A DNA stretch of 64,000 bases from an uncultured Spirochaetota bacterium (GTDB lineage Bacteria; Spirochaetota; Brevinematia; Brevinematales; JAOACQ01). The DNA lies in contig CAWAOD010000009.1 of the NCBI GenBank assembly GCA_963783575.1, positions 320,001-384,000 on the forward strand, read 5' to 3'. Below are positions 1 to 10,532 of this stretch, piece after piece; within the stretch, counting starts at the first letter, position 1, and every line of letters starts with the position of its first letter. The notes beneath the pieces were generated by a model. That model did not search any database. It saw only the letters and a program-made list of their open reading frames with translations, and had not been told where the DNA came from. The position numbers and the translations under genes were made by a program.

Positions 1-154
1 CAACCGGGGCATCGCCAAGCTGTCCGACCATTATGTTATCGATCAGGCTGAACGATGCCGCCATTAGATTCTGGAGAACGACAGGCACGGCGATCTTAAA
101 AAAAGACCGGTAAAATTCCCTTTCCTTTTCAAAATAAAGCGTTATTTTTCTCAC
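1..154 (-). CDS. MATE family efflux transporter (5' part only; runs off window)
   Basis: Hand translation from GTG at 154: MRKITLYFEKEREFYRSFFKIAVPVVLQNLMAASFSLIDNIMVGQLGDAPV, a typical MATE N-terminus (D-x-x-MVGQLG). Not in the ORF track. Confidence 0.8.
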   Translation of the reverse strand, partial: MRKITLYFEKEREFYRSFFKIAVPVVLQNLMAASFSLIDNIMVGQLGDAPV

Positions 155-206
155 AATATAATCCTGATAAACGGTTATTGTGGCATGGATTTCATATTAT
201 GTCTAT

Positions 207-396
207 GCGACATCGTGTCGCTGTCGAACTGGCGTTCGACCACCTTTATAATAAAAATGAAGCTCTCATGGAACATCCTGTTCCCATGGTTACTTGGGCC
301 GCTTTGACGTCGTATCGCTGCCGAACTGGCGTTCGGCGGCCTGTTTGACTTATGGATGGTTCTCATGGGACTTCCATGCCCCCAAGGTCAATTGGG
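207..396. repeat. Two tandem copies (~97-bp period) of a composite REP-like three-hairpin unit
   Basis: cgaactggcgttcg at 225 and 322. Each is preceded by an atcgt/gtcgt-loop hairpin and followed ~25 nt later by tcatgg(a/g)ac-loop-g(t/c)(t/c)ccc. Confidence 0.75.
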
Positions 397-431
397 ATCG
401 ACAAACTATTTATCAAAATCTTTTGACTTTA

Positions 432-1280
432 TTAGGGATGATTTATCAGTTCGGATAAAATATCTTCACTCAGTAGGTCATCATTGTCAATTATTTCATT
501 GAATGAGCCGGATTTCTTTATTTCATCAAGGATTTGCAGAATAGTTTTCATTGTTGAAGAAATCAGAATTGAAGGAAGGCTGACATGCTCAACGCCAAAT
601 TCGATGCAGAAATTTATATCAAATTCATTGATATTGTAAGGCATTCCCGCCGCAATGCTTAAAGGACCTTTAATTTCCTTTTTCAGTAATTTTATTTCGT
701 CCTTAGTTATGACATTAGTCACAAAACAAATATCTACGCCGAGTTCAAGATATTTGTTTCCCCTATCAACCGCAATTTTCATTGCTTCATTTCGGTTTTC
801 AAGACTCTTTAAAGCGTCTGTCCTGGCATTTAAAATAAAATCCGGGATGTTCAATTCTTTTTTAATTTTATTAACTTCGTTAATCTTACGAGCCATCATA
901 TTAAACGGTACGATTTTACCGGAAAAATCATGATTCCGAAGGTTTTGATCTTCGATGTTAATCCCAGCGATCCCTGTATTGATAAATTTAATAATATTAT
1001 TATGAAAAACTTCTTCTTCCCCATAACCATCTTCACTGTCAGCCATAACTGGAATTTTAACAGAATTCACAATTTCCTTGGTTATGGAAATGTTTTCATC
1101 AATAGTCAACACATCTTCAGTCCTGTATTTCCTGGCTACCGAATAGCTATAGCCGGAGCATTGAACAGCTTTAAACCCCGCATATTCGATGAGCCTTGCT
1201 GAGATGCCGTTATAAGCATCGGGCATAATCAAAGTTTCTCCGCAAGTCAATAATTTTTTAAGTTCCCGGTATTTATCCAT
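432..1280 (-). CDS. Isocitrate lyase/PEP mutase family protein
   Basis: Motifs PDAYNGISAR, ADSEDGYG, GINIEDQ, NARTD. Confidence 0.85.
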   Translation of the reverse strand: MDKYRELKKLLTCGETLIMPDAYNGISARLIEYAGFKAVQCSGYSYSVARKYRTEDVLTIDENISITKEIVNSVKIPVMADSEDGYGEEEVFHNNIIKFINTGIAGINIEDQNLRNHDFSGKIVPFNMMARKINEVNKIKKELNIPDFILNARTDALKSLENRNEAMKIAVDRGNKYLELGVDICFVTNVITKDEIKLLKKEIKGPLSIAAGMPYNINEFDINFCIEFGVEHVSLPSILISSTMKTILQILDEIKKSGSFNEIIDNDDLLSEDILSELINHP

Positions 1281-1325
1281 AAATTACTCCACATAAACCT
1301 TTCAATCACAGAATATTGAAATTGC

Positions 1326-1856
1326 TCAGTCAGACATTTCCGCCAATCTGTTAACAGTATTCCAGTTTCTGGTTGTTGCCGAAACATTCAGCTTTTTCTC
1401 GATAAAGCCGTTTGACAGATTTGTTTTTGCAACACCATTGTGATAATAAATATAAATTTCCTTACCTGAAATAAAGTATTCCTCAAAATCATCCTTTACT
1501 TCGTCCAATTCTTTTATCGGAGGATCAGCATGAATTCCTGAAAGAAACATAACGTGGAGATGGTTAAAATATTCTTCTGAAAATGGGTTTTTTTTAATAA
1601 TCTTTTTCAGCTCACCTTTTGTTCTGATCATAACTTTCACATCAAAACCGAAAGTATTTCTTACAGCAGTTTCGATTTTTTGCTCCAACTCATCCGGTTT
1701 TAAATTCACAGTATTAAATACAACATTGCCGCTCTGAATATAAGTTTTAACATTTATTAATCCCAATGATTCATACAAATCGGATAAATCGTCCATTTTT
1801 ATCTTCTTATTCCCTCCGACATTTATGCCGCGAAGAAAAGAGATATAGGTTTCCAT
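1326..1856 (-). CDS. DUF1697 family protein
   Basis: FLRGINVGG, TYIQSGNVVF and TTRNWNT motifs; ATG at 1856 preferred. Confidence 0.85.
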   Translation of the reverse strand: METYISFLRGINVGGNKKIKMDDLSDLYESLGLINVKTYIQSGNVVFNTVNLKPDELEQKIETAVRNTFGFDVKVMIRTKGELKKIIKKNPFSEEYFNHLHVMFLSGIHADPPIKELDEVKDDFEEYFISGKEIYIYYHNGVAKTNLSNGFIEKKLNVSATTRNWNTVNRLAEMSD

Positions 1857-1883
1857 AATTCTCTCACCCACCCCTAGCCTCCA

Positions 1884-1980
1884 GCGGCACGATGCCGCAG
1901 GGAACGCGGAAGTTCCATGATAGTTTGCCTATCAATCCCAAACTGCCGAACTTACGTTCGGCATCGCAAAGATTGCGCAT
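1884..1980. repeat. Third (inverted) copy of the composite REP-like unit
   Basis: Minus strand: atgcgcaatctttgcgat-gccgaacgtaagttcggc-24 nt-tcatggaacttccgcgttccc-gcggcatcgtgccgc. Confidence 0.7.
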
Positions 1981-1981
1981 G

Positions 1982-2737
1982 TCAAACTTTCATCCTGTTG
2001 AAAGACCATGTTCCGAAAAGGATCAATGCTAAGTCAAATCCTATTATAATCATCAAATTTACTGAGAAAGGCATTGATGAATTTCCTAAGATGCAGTTTC
2101 TTAAGGCATCGACCGCATAGGATGCAGGGTCTATCCGTGTTAAAACCTTGAGCCATACAGGAAGTTTATCCAGCGGATACAATGCTCCGGAAAGGAGGAA
2201 TAAAGGATAAACAATAAAGCTTGAAATAATTCCATATCCCTCCGGGCTTTCCATAAATGACCCGATAATCAGGCCAAGGCTTACAAGACCTGTTGCCAGC
2301 AGAAAAAGAACGAGTATTGTCAATAGCACACTTACGGGTGTGAACGGAATGCCGAGAAATATTCCTATGATGAGAAGTATTGTTGCCTGGAGCATTGAAT
2401 CTGTCATGCATCCGGCAACTTTTCCTATGAATATAACAGTTCTGGAAAGAGGAGCTATAAGAACTTCTTTTAAAAAGTCGATCTTTTTATCCCAGACAAT
2501 ATAGGCACCGTTAAATAAAGAGCTGAAAATAACCATCATACCAAGGAAACCGGGAAAGATGAAATGCTGGTAATTGCCGGCGGTTTGAGCAATGGAACTC
2601 ATTCCACCACCGAATATGAAATACCAGAAAAGAGGCATGACTACTGAAGAAACCACCCTGGTTTTCTCCCTGGTAAAAACCTTAAATTCCCTGTACCAGA
2701 TCGCAAAAATGCCTTTTAAATTTTTTTTCAGGTTCAT
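1982..2737 (-). CDS. ABC-2 type exporter permease
   Basis: Six hydrophobic segments; LSGALYP and YAVDALR motifs; overlaps the ATPase gene. Confidence 0.9.
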   Translation of the reverse strand: MNLKKNLKGIFAIWYREFKVFTREKTRVVSSVVMPLFWYFIFGGGMSSIAQTAGNYQHFIFPGFLGMMVIFSSLFNGAYIVWDKKIDFLKEVLIAPLSRTVIFIGKVAGCMTDSMLQATILLIIGIFLGIPFTPVSVLLTILVLFLLATGLVSLGLIIGSFMESPEGYGIISSFIVYPLFLLSGALYPLDKLPVWLKVLTRIDPASYAVDALRNCILGNSSMPFSVNLMIIIGFDLALILFGTWSFNRMKV

Positions 2738-3717
2738 TTATTCTGCCTCGCTTTATTAAATGCCCTCACAAACTCCATGGAACTTCCTTCCTCTTCCCTG
2801 ATCTCTTTCCCGGTAAAATGGATAAAAACATCATTTAAATCAGGCGAATGCGCTTCCACAGATTTCACTTTACCGGCTACGCGCAGTAACTCCTGGAGGT
2901 TTTCGCTCGTGTTATCAACGGAAAGCTGAATAAAACCGTTACACTCCTCAACGTTTTTGATAAACTTCAATTTACGAAGCTCCGTCAGGTTGAGATTTTC
3001 ACCCTTAAGAACGACTATATCCCCGCCAAGCCCACTTTTTAAATTCTCCGGGGAATCAAGGGCAATTATTTTTCCATGATCGATAATCGCAACCCTGTTG
3101 CAGAGTTTTTCCGCCTCTTCCATATAATGAGTTGTTAAAATAATTGTCATTCCGGTATTTTTCGCAAGCGAAATAATATAATCCCAGATATGTTCCCTGG
3201 TCTGCGGGTCAAGCCCGATAGTGGGCTCGTCCAGGAAAAATATTTCGGGTTTATGAAGAAGCCCGCGCGCAATTTCCATTCTTCTCCTCATCCCGCCTGA
3301 ATATGTCTTTACAAGATCTTTCTTTCTTTTTTGAAGGTCAACAAGGTTAAGCACTTCATTGATTTTTTTATCAATTTCTTTTATGGGTAGGTTGTAAAGA
3401 TAAGCATGAAGCTTTAGATTTTCATATGCTGTAAGTATATCATCGGAACTCGGATCCTGGAACACCATTCCGATCGATGCCCTGACATCCGCCGGATTTG
3501 AAAGCACATCAAACCCATTGATAACGGCCGTACCGGAAGTAGGTTTCAATAATGTAGAAAGCATCATCAATGTAGTGGTTTTACCGGCGCCGTTAGGGCC
3601 CAGTAAGCCGAAGATTTCCCCTTTTTTTATAGTCAGGTTTATATTATCGACAGCAATAAGATCATTATATTTTTTTGTCAGATTGACAATCTTTATACTA
3701 TCCATCAACATCTCCAA
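2734..3717 (-). CDS. ABC exporter ATP-binding protein (DrrA-like)
   Basis: Walker A GPNGAGKTT, signature YSGGM, Walker B FFLDEPT, H-loop TTHY. Confidence 0.92.
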   Translation of the reverse strand: MEMLMDSIKIVNLTKKYNDLIAVDNINLTIKKGEIFGLLGPNGAGKTTTLMMLSTLLKPTSGTAVINGFDVLSNPADVRASIGMVFQDPSSDDILTAYENLKLHAYLYNLPIKEIDKKINEVLNLVDLQKRKKDLVKTYSGGMRRRMEIARGLLHKPEIFFLDEPTIGLDPQTREHIWDYIISLAKNTGMTIILTTHYMEEAEKLCNRVAIIDHGKIIALDSPENLKSGLGGDIVVLKGENLNLTELRKLKFIKNVEECNGFIQLSVDNTSENLQELLRVAGKVKSVEAHSPDLNDVFIHFTGKEIREEEGSSMEFVRAFNKARQNK

Positions 3718-3898
3718 TATTTTTTATTGAATTCAATTCTTAATCCATTATTAATTCTATTTAATTCCATCAATAATCTTTAATTATAACACTGCTTTTA
3801 AATCCAGGCAAATGTATGGTAAAATTTGATTTATTAAATATATTATGATAAATTTAATAAGATTTTATTTTACTTTCAAAAAAAGATAGGAGAAAAAG

Positions 3899-4615
3899 AT
3901 GAATAATCTTAAAATTAAATTATTTATGTTAATTTCAATTGTTTTCCTGGCAGTTATTTCCATATCATCCCCAGCCGGAGCATCAAAACTTATCCTGAAT
4001 GTTAAAACCGGGACGGAATACTCACATCAGCTTAAATTTGGACTGCTTAAATTTGATATTATTCCTCAAATGGCTTTCTGGGTTGAGGACGAGAATGGGA
4101 AATTTATAACAAATATTTACATAACAGAAAAAAGCGCAAAATCAAAATGGGGCATACCTGGAGTCAACCGGCCTGCAGCCCTCCCCATCTGGTCGCATAA
4201 TCAGGGAATTTTGTATTCAACCAAACTCTACATGCCAGACCCCAAACATCCTTTACCTGATGCGGTTACCGGTGCAACTCCAAAAATTTCGTTCACCAGA
4301 GAATGGGTGGTACCTTTAGATTTGGCTTCCGGAAAATATAAAATCAATGCCGAAATAAACAGCTCTTATGATTATAACGAAACATATAAAAAAGGTTTAC
4401 CGGCGGACAGCTCAAATTATAATGATGTAAACGGACAGCCGTCGGTTTTATATCAGGGTGAAATTATTCTTGATAAAAATGATATGAAAATTAACCTGAT
4501 TCCTGTCGGACATGGAAACCCGCTGGGAAAAAACGGTGAAATTACCGCCGATATGACTGGAATTACAACGGCTTTGAAAATTATTGATTCTGTAGATGTT
4601 GAATTTGTTCCTTGA
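3899..4615 (+). CDS. Exported protein, DUF2271-like
   Basis: Signal peptide; PQMAFWVED, LPIWSH and DAVTGATP motifs. Confidence 0.65.
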   Translation: MNNLKIKLFMLISIVFLAVISISSPAGASKLILNVKTGTEYSHQLKFGLLKFDIIPQMAFWVEDENGKFITNIYITEKSAKSKWGIPGVNRPAALPIWSHNQGILYSTKLYMPDPKHPLPDAVTGATPKISFTREWVVPLDLASGKYKINAEINSSYDYNETYKKGLPADSSNYNDVNGQPSVLYQGEIILDKNDMKINLIPVGHGNPLGKNGEITADMTGITTALKIIDSVDVEFVP

Positions 4616-4621
4616 TCAAGT

Positions 4622-5050
4622 TTATTTAACTGACGGCAGTCCTTCGCTTAACCAGGAATCAAAGCCTTTCGACAGATTGTAAACTTTTTTAAAACCTAAT
4701 TCTTTAAAAGTTTCTAGTGCTTCGCCTGACCTTCTCCCGCTCCTGCAGTAAATCAGGTAAGTATCATTGCGGTTAAGTTCCGATATTTTTGCCTTAAAAT
4801 CAGGATTATTATAATTGATATTGACTGAGTTTTCTATATGGCCTTCGGAATACTCATCGGGAGTTCTCACGTCTATAATTTTTAATCCGCCTTTCTCCTT
4901 ATCGGATTTTATCAGCAAATCCGCTTCATCCGCAGGAACCGATTGATAAGGTTTTAAAACCGGAGAAATGCTATTTTTACTAAAATTTCCGGCACAACCG
5001 GGCAAGTTTATTATTATTGCTAAAATAATAATAAAAAATAACCTTAGCAT
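4622..5050 (-). CDS. Rhodanese-like domain (lipo)protein
   Basis: IIDVRTPDEY, GHIENS, YCRSGRRS; lipobox-like LPGC. Confidence 0.88.
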   Translation of the reverse strand: MLRLFFIIILAIIINLPGCAGNFSKNSISPVLKPYQSVPADEADLLIKSDKEKGGLKIIDVRTPDEYSEGHIENSVNINYNNPDFKAKISELNRNDTYLIYCRSGRRSGEALETFKELGFKKVYNLSKGFDSWLSEGLPSVK

Positions 5051-5184
5051 GATTTTATACCACTCTGAAAATCATAAATTTTGAATGAGCTCAACGCTGA
5101 TTTTATAATCAAGAAACGAATGATTTAGATTTTACAAATAGTTCATTTCAATATTAAACATTGAAATTAAAACTGAACACTTTA

Positions 5185-5796
5185 TCAATTCATTTTCTTA
5201 TCTTTATCAGTTGGTTTAGAACCCGGCAGATAAAGCAGATCAACAATGGAATGTGTGCCTTTCAATGCATCATTCATTACTGCCAAATCATTTAAAGCAG
5301 GATCAAGTTTTTTAATGGCTGCAATATCCGCATCGGCATTATCTGCAACTGATTTAATGCCCCAGTGAATATATGTTTTGTCGTAATCGGCCGTTGTAGA
5401 AAATGAACCAAGATAAGTAATCTGATTCGGCTGAATGGTGAAGGTAGAATGCAGCAATTGATTGTCAATAACAGCCCTGCCCCAGAGATCCCTGTATTCC
5501 ATCATACTTATTTTATAGGTACCGGGCTTTAAAAAATATAGAAAGTACCCATTTTGTTCACGCATATCAATGTAAAATTCCTTTTGATCTTTGCCTTCAA
5601 TTCCGGTAATAAGGACAACATTAGCATTCATAAAATAAGTATTATCTGTAAAAGTATATGTCCCATATAAAAACCCGCCATCCTTTCCTACAAACGATTG
5701 TGCATCTGAAGGTTTCAAATTTTGCATTGTATATACACCGCATCCCGTTATTAACCCTGTTAAAATTATCAGCGCAACAAAAACCCTTAGCTTCAT
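5185..5796 (-). CDS. Putative lipoprotein
   Basis: Signal peptide ending LITGC; RBS ggagg upstream. Confidence 0.7.
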   Translation of the reverse strand: MKLRVFVALIILTGLITGCGVYTMQNLKPSDAQSFVGKDGGFLYGTYTFTDNTYFMNANVVLITGIEGKDQKEFYIDMREQNGYFLYFLKPGTYKISMMEYRDLWGRAVIDNQLLHSTFTIQPNQITYLGSFSTTADYDKTYIHWGIKSVADNADADIAAIKKLDPALNDLAVMNDALKGTHSIVDLLYLPGSKPTDKDKKMN

Positions 5797-5997
5797 AAAA
5801 GACCTCCTTTCATATATAAGTCTTTCATATATAAGTCTATTTTATTAAAAATAAATGCAGGAATTATAAAATTTAGCTAAATAATATTTAAAAAAACAAA
5901 TCAATAATTTACCAGAAAAGAAACATTGGAATTAAATATAATTAATTCCCTGATTAATATCAAATAAATCAACCGGGAAAAATTTAATTTAGTCTCT

Positions 5998-6672
5998 CTA
6001 AAATCTTTTCACAATTCCCATAAAGTTCCTTATCATATCAGGATCCTTAACACCTCTTTCTTTTTCTACACCGCTCGAAACATCTATTCCATAAGGCTGT
6101 ATAGATTTCAGTATGTCCATGACATTTGAAGCGTTAATGCCCCCGGATAAAATAACTTTTTTAGCTATAAATTCCTTTAATATCGGATTTGATAAATTAC
6201 TAATTGATACTTTTGTTCCCGTTCCGCCGAATTGTTCCGGATCAAATCTGTCTATCAGATAAGCGTTCACAATTCTTCCACCTTCATGATCGGAAAGGAT
6301 AATATTACTGACCGTTTCTTCATTGAGAATTTGAGTTCGGACTGCAAGTACAACCGGCAAGCCGGTTCTTTCTTTTAATTTAGTAACAAAATCAATATCA
6401 TAAAAAAAAGGTTCTCCATGGAGCTGTATCGTATCAATACCTGTTTTTTTTACAATTTCAAGGATCTCATCTATATCTTTGTCAACAAAAACACCAACCC
6501 TGTTAATGAACGGCGGAAGATTAGATATTATTTCGCCTGCTTTTTCAGGTTTAATGAACCGCGGGCTTTTATCATAAAAAACAAAACCGACAGCATCGGC
6601 TCCGTTTTCAATAACCGAATCAGCAATCTCCGGGGTTTTTATACCGCATATTTTCACTCTGACACTAATCAT
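5998..6672 (-). CDS. trpF: Phosphoribosylanthranilate isomerase
   Basis: VKICGI, QLHGE, GGTG, SGGI, GIDVSSGVE. Confidence 0.93.
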   Translation of the reverse strand: MISVRVKICGIKTPEIADSVIENGADAVGFVFYDKSPRFIKPEKAGEIISNLPPFINRVGVFVDKDIDEILEIVKKTGIDTIQLHGEPFFYDIDFVTKLKERTGLPVVLAVRTQILNEETVSNIILSDHEGGRIVNAYLIDRFDPEQFGGTGTKVSISNLSNPILKEFIAKKVILSGGINASNVMDILKSIQPYGIDVSSGVEKERGVKDPDMIRNFMGIVKRF

Positions 6673-6839
6673 GACTTAACACTCCATAATCTATATTATT
6701 TTAAAGTATAGCATTCTATTATGCAATCAATCACTTAAGTATTGAACAGCTCAAATATTTGATTGAAGAAGGATCGCTTTTTATAATCATTATATTGGCA
6801 CTTCCGGTTTATTAAATAATTGGCCTTAAATAAACAACA

Positions 6840-6918
6840 GCAGCAAGCTGCGAGTATTAAACCGGGTCAAGCAGCCTGCCTACGCCGGGGGTCTCCGGCA
6901 GGTAGACGGCAGACAGGT
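6840..6918. repeat. GC-rich REP-like palindromic cluster upstream of the PBP gene
   Basis: gcagc-aa-gctgc, and cctgcctac...ggcagacagg enclosing gccggg-ggtc-tccggc, in an AT-rich intergenic region. Confidence 0.5.
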
Positions 6919-6949
6919 CACGCTTGCAATCGGTTCCAGAGGATAAATT

Positions 6950-8545
6950 ATGAAACAGGAAAGGCTGGGAATACTTATTTTTTTATTCATTCTATTTTTT
7001 ATCCTTCTTGAAGTCAGAATAGTCGCAATATCTTTATTCCCTGACCCAAGGCTGAAAAATATCGACGCAAAACAGGCAAAAAGGGGCACAATTTATGACA
7101 GGAATAAAAAAGAACTCGCAGTTTCTACTGCATTTTATTCATTTTATGCTCGTCCTGTCTTGTTAAATATTGATTCAAAAAACAATGTTTACGATTATCT
7201 AAGGCAGAACAGCACAATTTCAACAAACGACCTGGCAAATATTTATCAGGAAAAGAATTTTGTCTGGATAAGGAGAAAAGCCGGTTTACAGGAAATTACT
7301 CCTGTAAAAGATTTTATCGATTATCAAAAAAAGAATAATTTGCTTACAAAAGATGAGCTGGGCATTGTCCCGGAACAGGGCAGATATTATTCCATAACTG
7401 CCGCAGCGAATTGTATAGGTGTAGTTGGTATCGATAATAACGGGCTTTCCGGTTTGGAACATTCTCTCGATTCTTACCTTGACAAAGGATGCGATGTTTA
7501 CACTTCATTAGATTCAGATCTCTTAACAATAGTTTACGAAGAATTAAAAAGAGGTATACAAATAAGCCAGGCCGAAACTGGAAGCGCTGCCATTTTGGAT
7601 GTTGAAAACAGGGAAATATTAGCGCTTGTTAATTACCCGGGCTTTGATCCTAATGATTATAAAACAATAACCCCGGATAATTTAAAATCCGGGTTTTCAT
7701 CGGTTATTTTTGAGCCGGGTTCCGTTATGAAGCAGTTCAGCGCTGCATTTGCCCTTGAAAAAGGATACGCTACACCGGATAAACCTGTTTTTCAATGCAC
7801 TGGTAATGCCGCTATAAAGGATCAGGAATTTAATTGTCCCGTCGCGCATGGAAGCGTTGATCTTACAAAAATAATACAAAAATCGTGCAATATAGGTATG
7901 ATACAATTGGCTGACCGTTTTAACAGGGAAGACTTTTACAATTTTTTGAGGGGTTTCGGATTCGGCGAGGCTATCGATCTTCCATTAAACGATATTGAAC
8001 CTGGAATTTTGAGACCTGTTTCAAAATGGTCTTTTATATCCAAGTATTGGATTTCAATAGGTCAGGAAATAGGAGTCACAACCGTGCAGTTGCTCACTGC
8101 TTCCAGCGTCATCGCCGGCAATGGTATTTATAAGACACCGCTATTGGTTAAAGCGATTTTGGACGATAAACAAAATAATATCTACAAGCCTGATTTAAAT
8201 GAAAGAACATTAATTTCTCCGGGTACTTCAATTTCCTTGTTAAAGATGATGGAAACTGTTGTAAGCGAAAATGGGACAGCTATTGCCGCTAAAATCGAGG
8301 GAATGCCTATAGCCGGGAAAACGGGAACAGGTCAGATCGCAAAGGAGGGCGGCGGCGGATATTATAAAGACCTTTTCAATTCGGTCTTTATCGGTTATGT
8401 CCCCGCTAATAAACCAAAATTTACTGTAGTGGTTGTAATTAATAAACCGAAAGGAGAAAAACATACCGGAGGCCAGATAGCTGCGCCTGTTTTTGCCGAT
8501 ATCATAAGAAGAATGCTTTCTTCGACATCATATTTTTCCAATTAA
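6950..8545 (+). CDS. Class B penicillin-binding protein (FtsI/PBP2 family)
   Basis: N-terminal anchor, RGTIYDRN, GLSGLE, EPGSVMK (SxxK), SCN (SxN), KTGT. Confidence 0.9.
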   Translation: MKQERLGILIFLFILFFILLEVRIVAISLFPDPRLKNIDAKQAKRGTIYDRNKKELAVSTAFYSFYARPVLLNIDSKNNVYDYLRQNSTISTNDLANIYQEKNFVWIRRKAGLQEITPVKDFIDYQKKNNLLTKDELGIVPEQGRYYSITAAANCIGVVGIDNNGLSGLEHSLDSYLDKGCDVYTSLDSDLLTIVYEELKRGIQISQAETGSAAILDVENREILALVNYPGFDPNDYKTITPDNLKSGFSSVIFEPGSVMKQFSAAFALEKGYATPDKPVFQCTGNAAIKDQEFNCPVAHGSVDLTKIIQKSCNIGMIQLADRFNREDFYNFLRGFGFGEAIDLPLNDIEPGILRPVSKWSFISKYWISIGQEIGVTTVQLLTASSVIAGNGIYKTPLLVKAILDDKQNNIYKPDLNERTLISPGTSISLLKMMETVVSENGTAIAAKIEGMPIAGKTGTGQIAKEGGGGYYKDLFNSVFIGYVPANKPKFTVVVVINKPKGEKHTGGQIAAPVFADIIRRMLSSTSYFSN

Positions 8546-8570
8546 AAAACATCCTGGAGTAATTAAAAAA

Positions 8571-10350
8571 ATGGATGAAGTAAGTATAGAAGGATTTATC
8601 AGTAACGATGGAAATCCCAATGCAAGAATATTGAGGAATGGGAAATCAATAACCCTTCATTCGATTTCTCCATATAAAGAAGCAGAAAAAATAGCATCTA
8701 AATTCAACCCATCGATTAAATGGCTTATGATTGCAGGATTCGGCCTTGGTTATATCGTAGAGTATATTTTAAAAAATACGGATTACTCAGTTATCGTCTT
8801 TGAACATTTTGATGAAATCCTTGAATTCGCAAAAAAAAACAGGGATATAAATTCTATTCTGACTAACAGGCGGATTCATTTTATAAAAAATTCACCTTCA
8901 AATCTGATCGATTTCCTTGTTGTAAACTCTATCAAGGAATTAAATTTTTATATTCATCGCCCATATTTTACGATTTTCCCGGAAATATACTCAACACTGG
9001 AAGGCATTTTAATTTCATATCTTTCAAAATCCCAGATAAACAAAGCGACTTTAAAAAGATTTCAAAAAGTATGGCTTAAGAATATCATAAAAAATTCATA
9101 TTTTTATTTTACCATTCCGGGAATAAAACAAATCCGGCATAATTATAAGGGAAAACCTGCAGTAATAGTTGGGGCCGGTCCTTCCCTTGAAAAAAACTTA
9201 AGCAAATTAAAAGATGCAGAGGACCGTGTTATAATAATATCAACCGATACAGCCTTGTCAATACTTCAAGAAAATAATATTCATGCAGATTTTGTTGTCA
9301 GTGTGGATCCTCAGGATAAGAACACTCTTTACCTTCTTTACTCAAAATTTAAAGACAGTACTTTAGTGATCGATTCGGCGGCTTCTTTTTTAAGCATATT
9401 GAAATATAATCCCGACAAAACAATTCTATTTGATACTCCTTTCCCGCTATACAACGATATGGCCGGTTTCTGGGGAGAGAAAGGCAGCCTTATTTCAGGT
9501 GGTTCAGTTTCTACAACGGCTTTTGACCTTGCAAGGTTTTTCGAATGTGACCCGATTATTTTTATTGGTCAGGATCTGGCTTTTACCCAAAAACAAACCC
9601 ATTCAAAGGGCAGCATTTTAGAGGATTTCCTTTATTTTAAAATTAACCGTTTTCAAACATTTGACAATTATAATACCAGAATGTTGAATTTTTCTGATAA
9701 GATTGAAGTTAATGCCTGGATTTCGGGAAAAGATCCGACAAAAAGCATGAAAGTATTTACGGATAGAAAATTCATCACATTTATTGAATGGTTTAAGAGG
9801 GAATTCCAATTTACAAAAGCCAGAGTAATTAATTCAACCGAAGGAGGCGCATTTCTTGAAGGGGCAGATCATCTTACTTTTGAAGAAGCGATTCAAAGGT
9901 ACCTGAAAGAACCATTGATAGGCAAGACCTATGAATTAATAAACAATGAAAATATTTCAATGAAATATAATAAAATTTTAAATTTTATAAAATTTACAGA
10001 CAATATTTTAACAGAGATCAACAGGTTAATACCATATGCACAAAAGGCATACTCGGCATCAAAAGAAGCTGCGATTTTTTATGAAAATCAGAATTCGAAA
10101 ATGAATAAGAACAATAATTATATGGACCGTTTTTTTAAAACAATGAATGAATTTGATCAAGAATTACTTGGTTCCATCCGAATAAAAAATCAGATTGCAC
10201 GTTTTATAGAATTAACCATGCAGGCTGATTGAAAGAATTCTGGATACTGACATCTGCCATGAAATATCATTAGAACTTCTAAAAAAATGGAAGGATTTTT
10301 ATTTTGAAGCTTATGAGGGTTTAATAAATATAAAAAGACTTTTAAATAAT
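8571..10350 (+). CDS. Motility-associated factor (Maf/DUF115) family protein; apparent frameshift at ~10227
   Basis: VGAGPSL, GGSVST, FIGQDLAF, NSTEGGA. The ORF stops at 10232, but a shifted frame 10228-10350 continues as IERILDTDICHEISLELLKKWKDFYFEAYEGLINIKRLLK. Confidence 0.8.
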
Positions 10351-10426
10351 AAAATACTGCTGAAAAAAGCATTATATGAAATAACTGATCATTCTAAATA
10401 ATCTTTAATTAGATATAAAAAACAAC

Positions 10427-10460
10427 GAAGGGGAAAGGTTAAACCTTACCCCTTCTTTTT
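10427..10460. terminator. Intrinsic terminator between convergent maf and flaA
   Basis: gaaggggaaaggtt-a-aaccttaccccttc followed by ttttt; A-rich tract on the other side. Confidence 0.75.
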
Positions 10461-10532
10461 ATATTTTGATTTCTCGCTGTATTTAAACAATACAAGCCGT
10501 ATTGTACTACTTTTTCAAAACCAGAATATTTA

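Noticed and set aside
175..366. 63-aa ORF
   Set aside because: Lies entirely on the palindromic repeats; no RBS or protein-like features.
207..396. Mini CRISPR array
   Set aside because: Only two degenerate units, multi-hairpin repeats, no cas genes; dispersed copies indicate a REP-like family.
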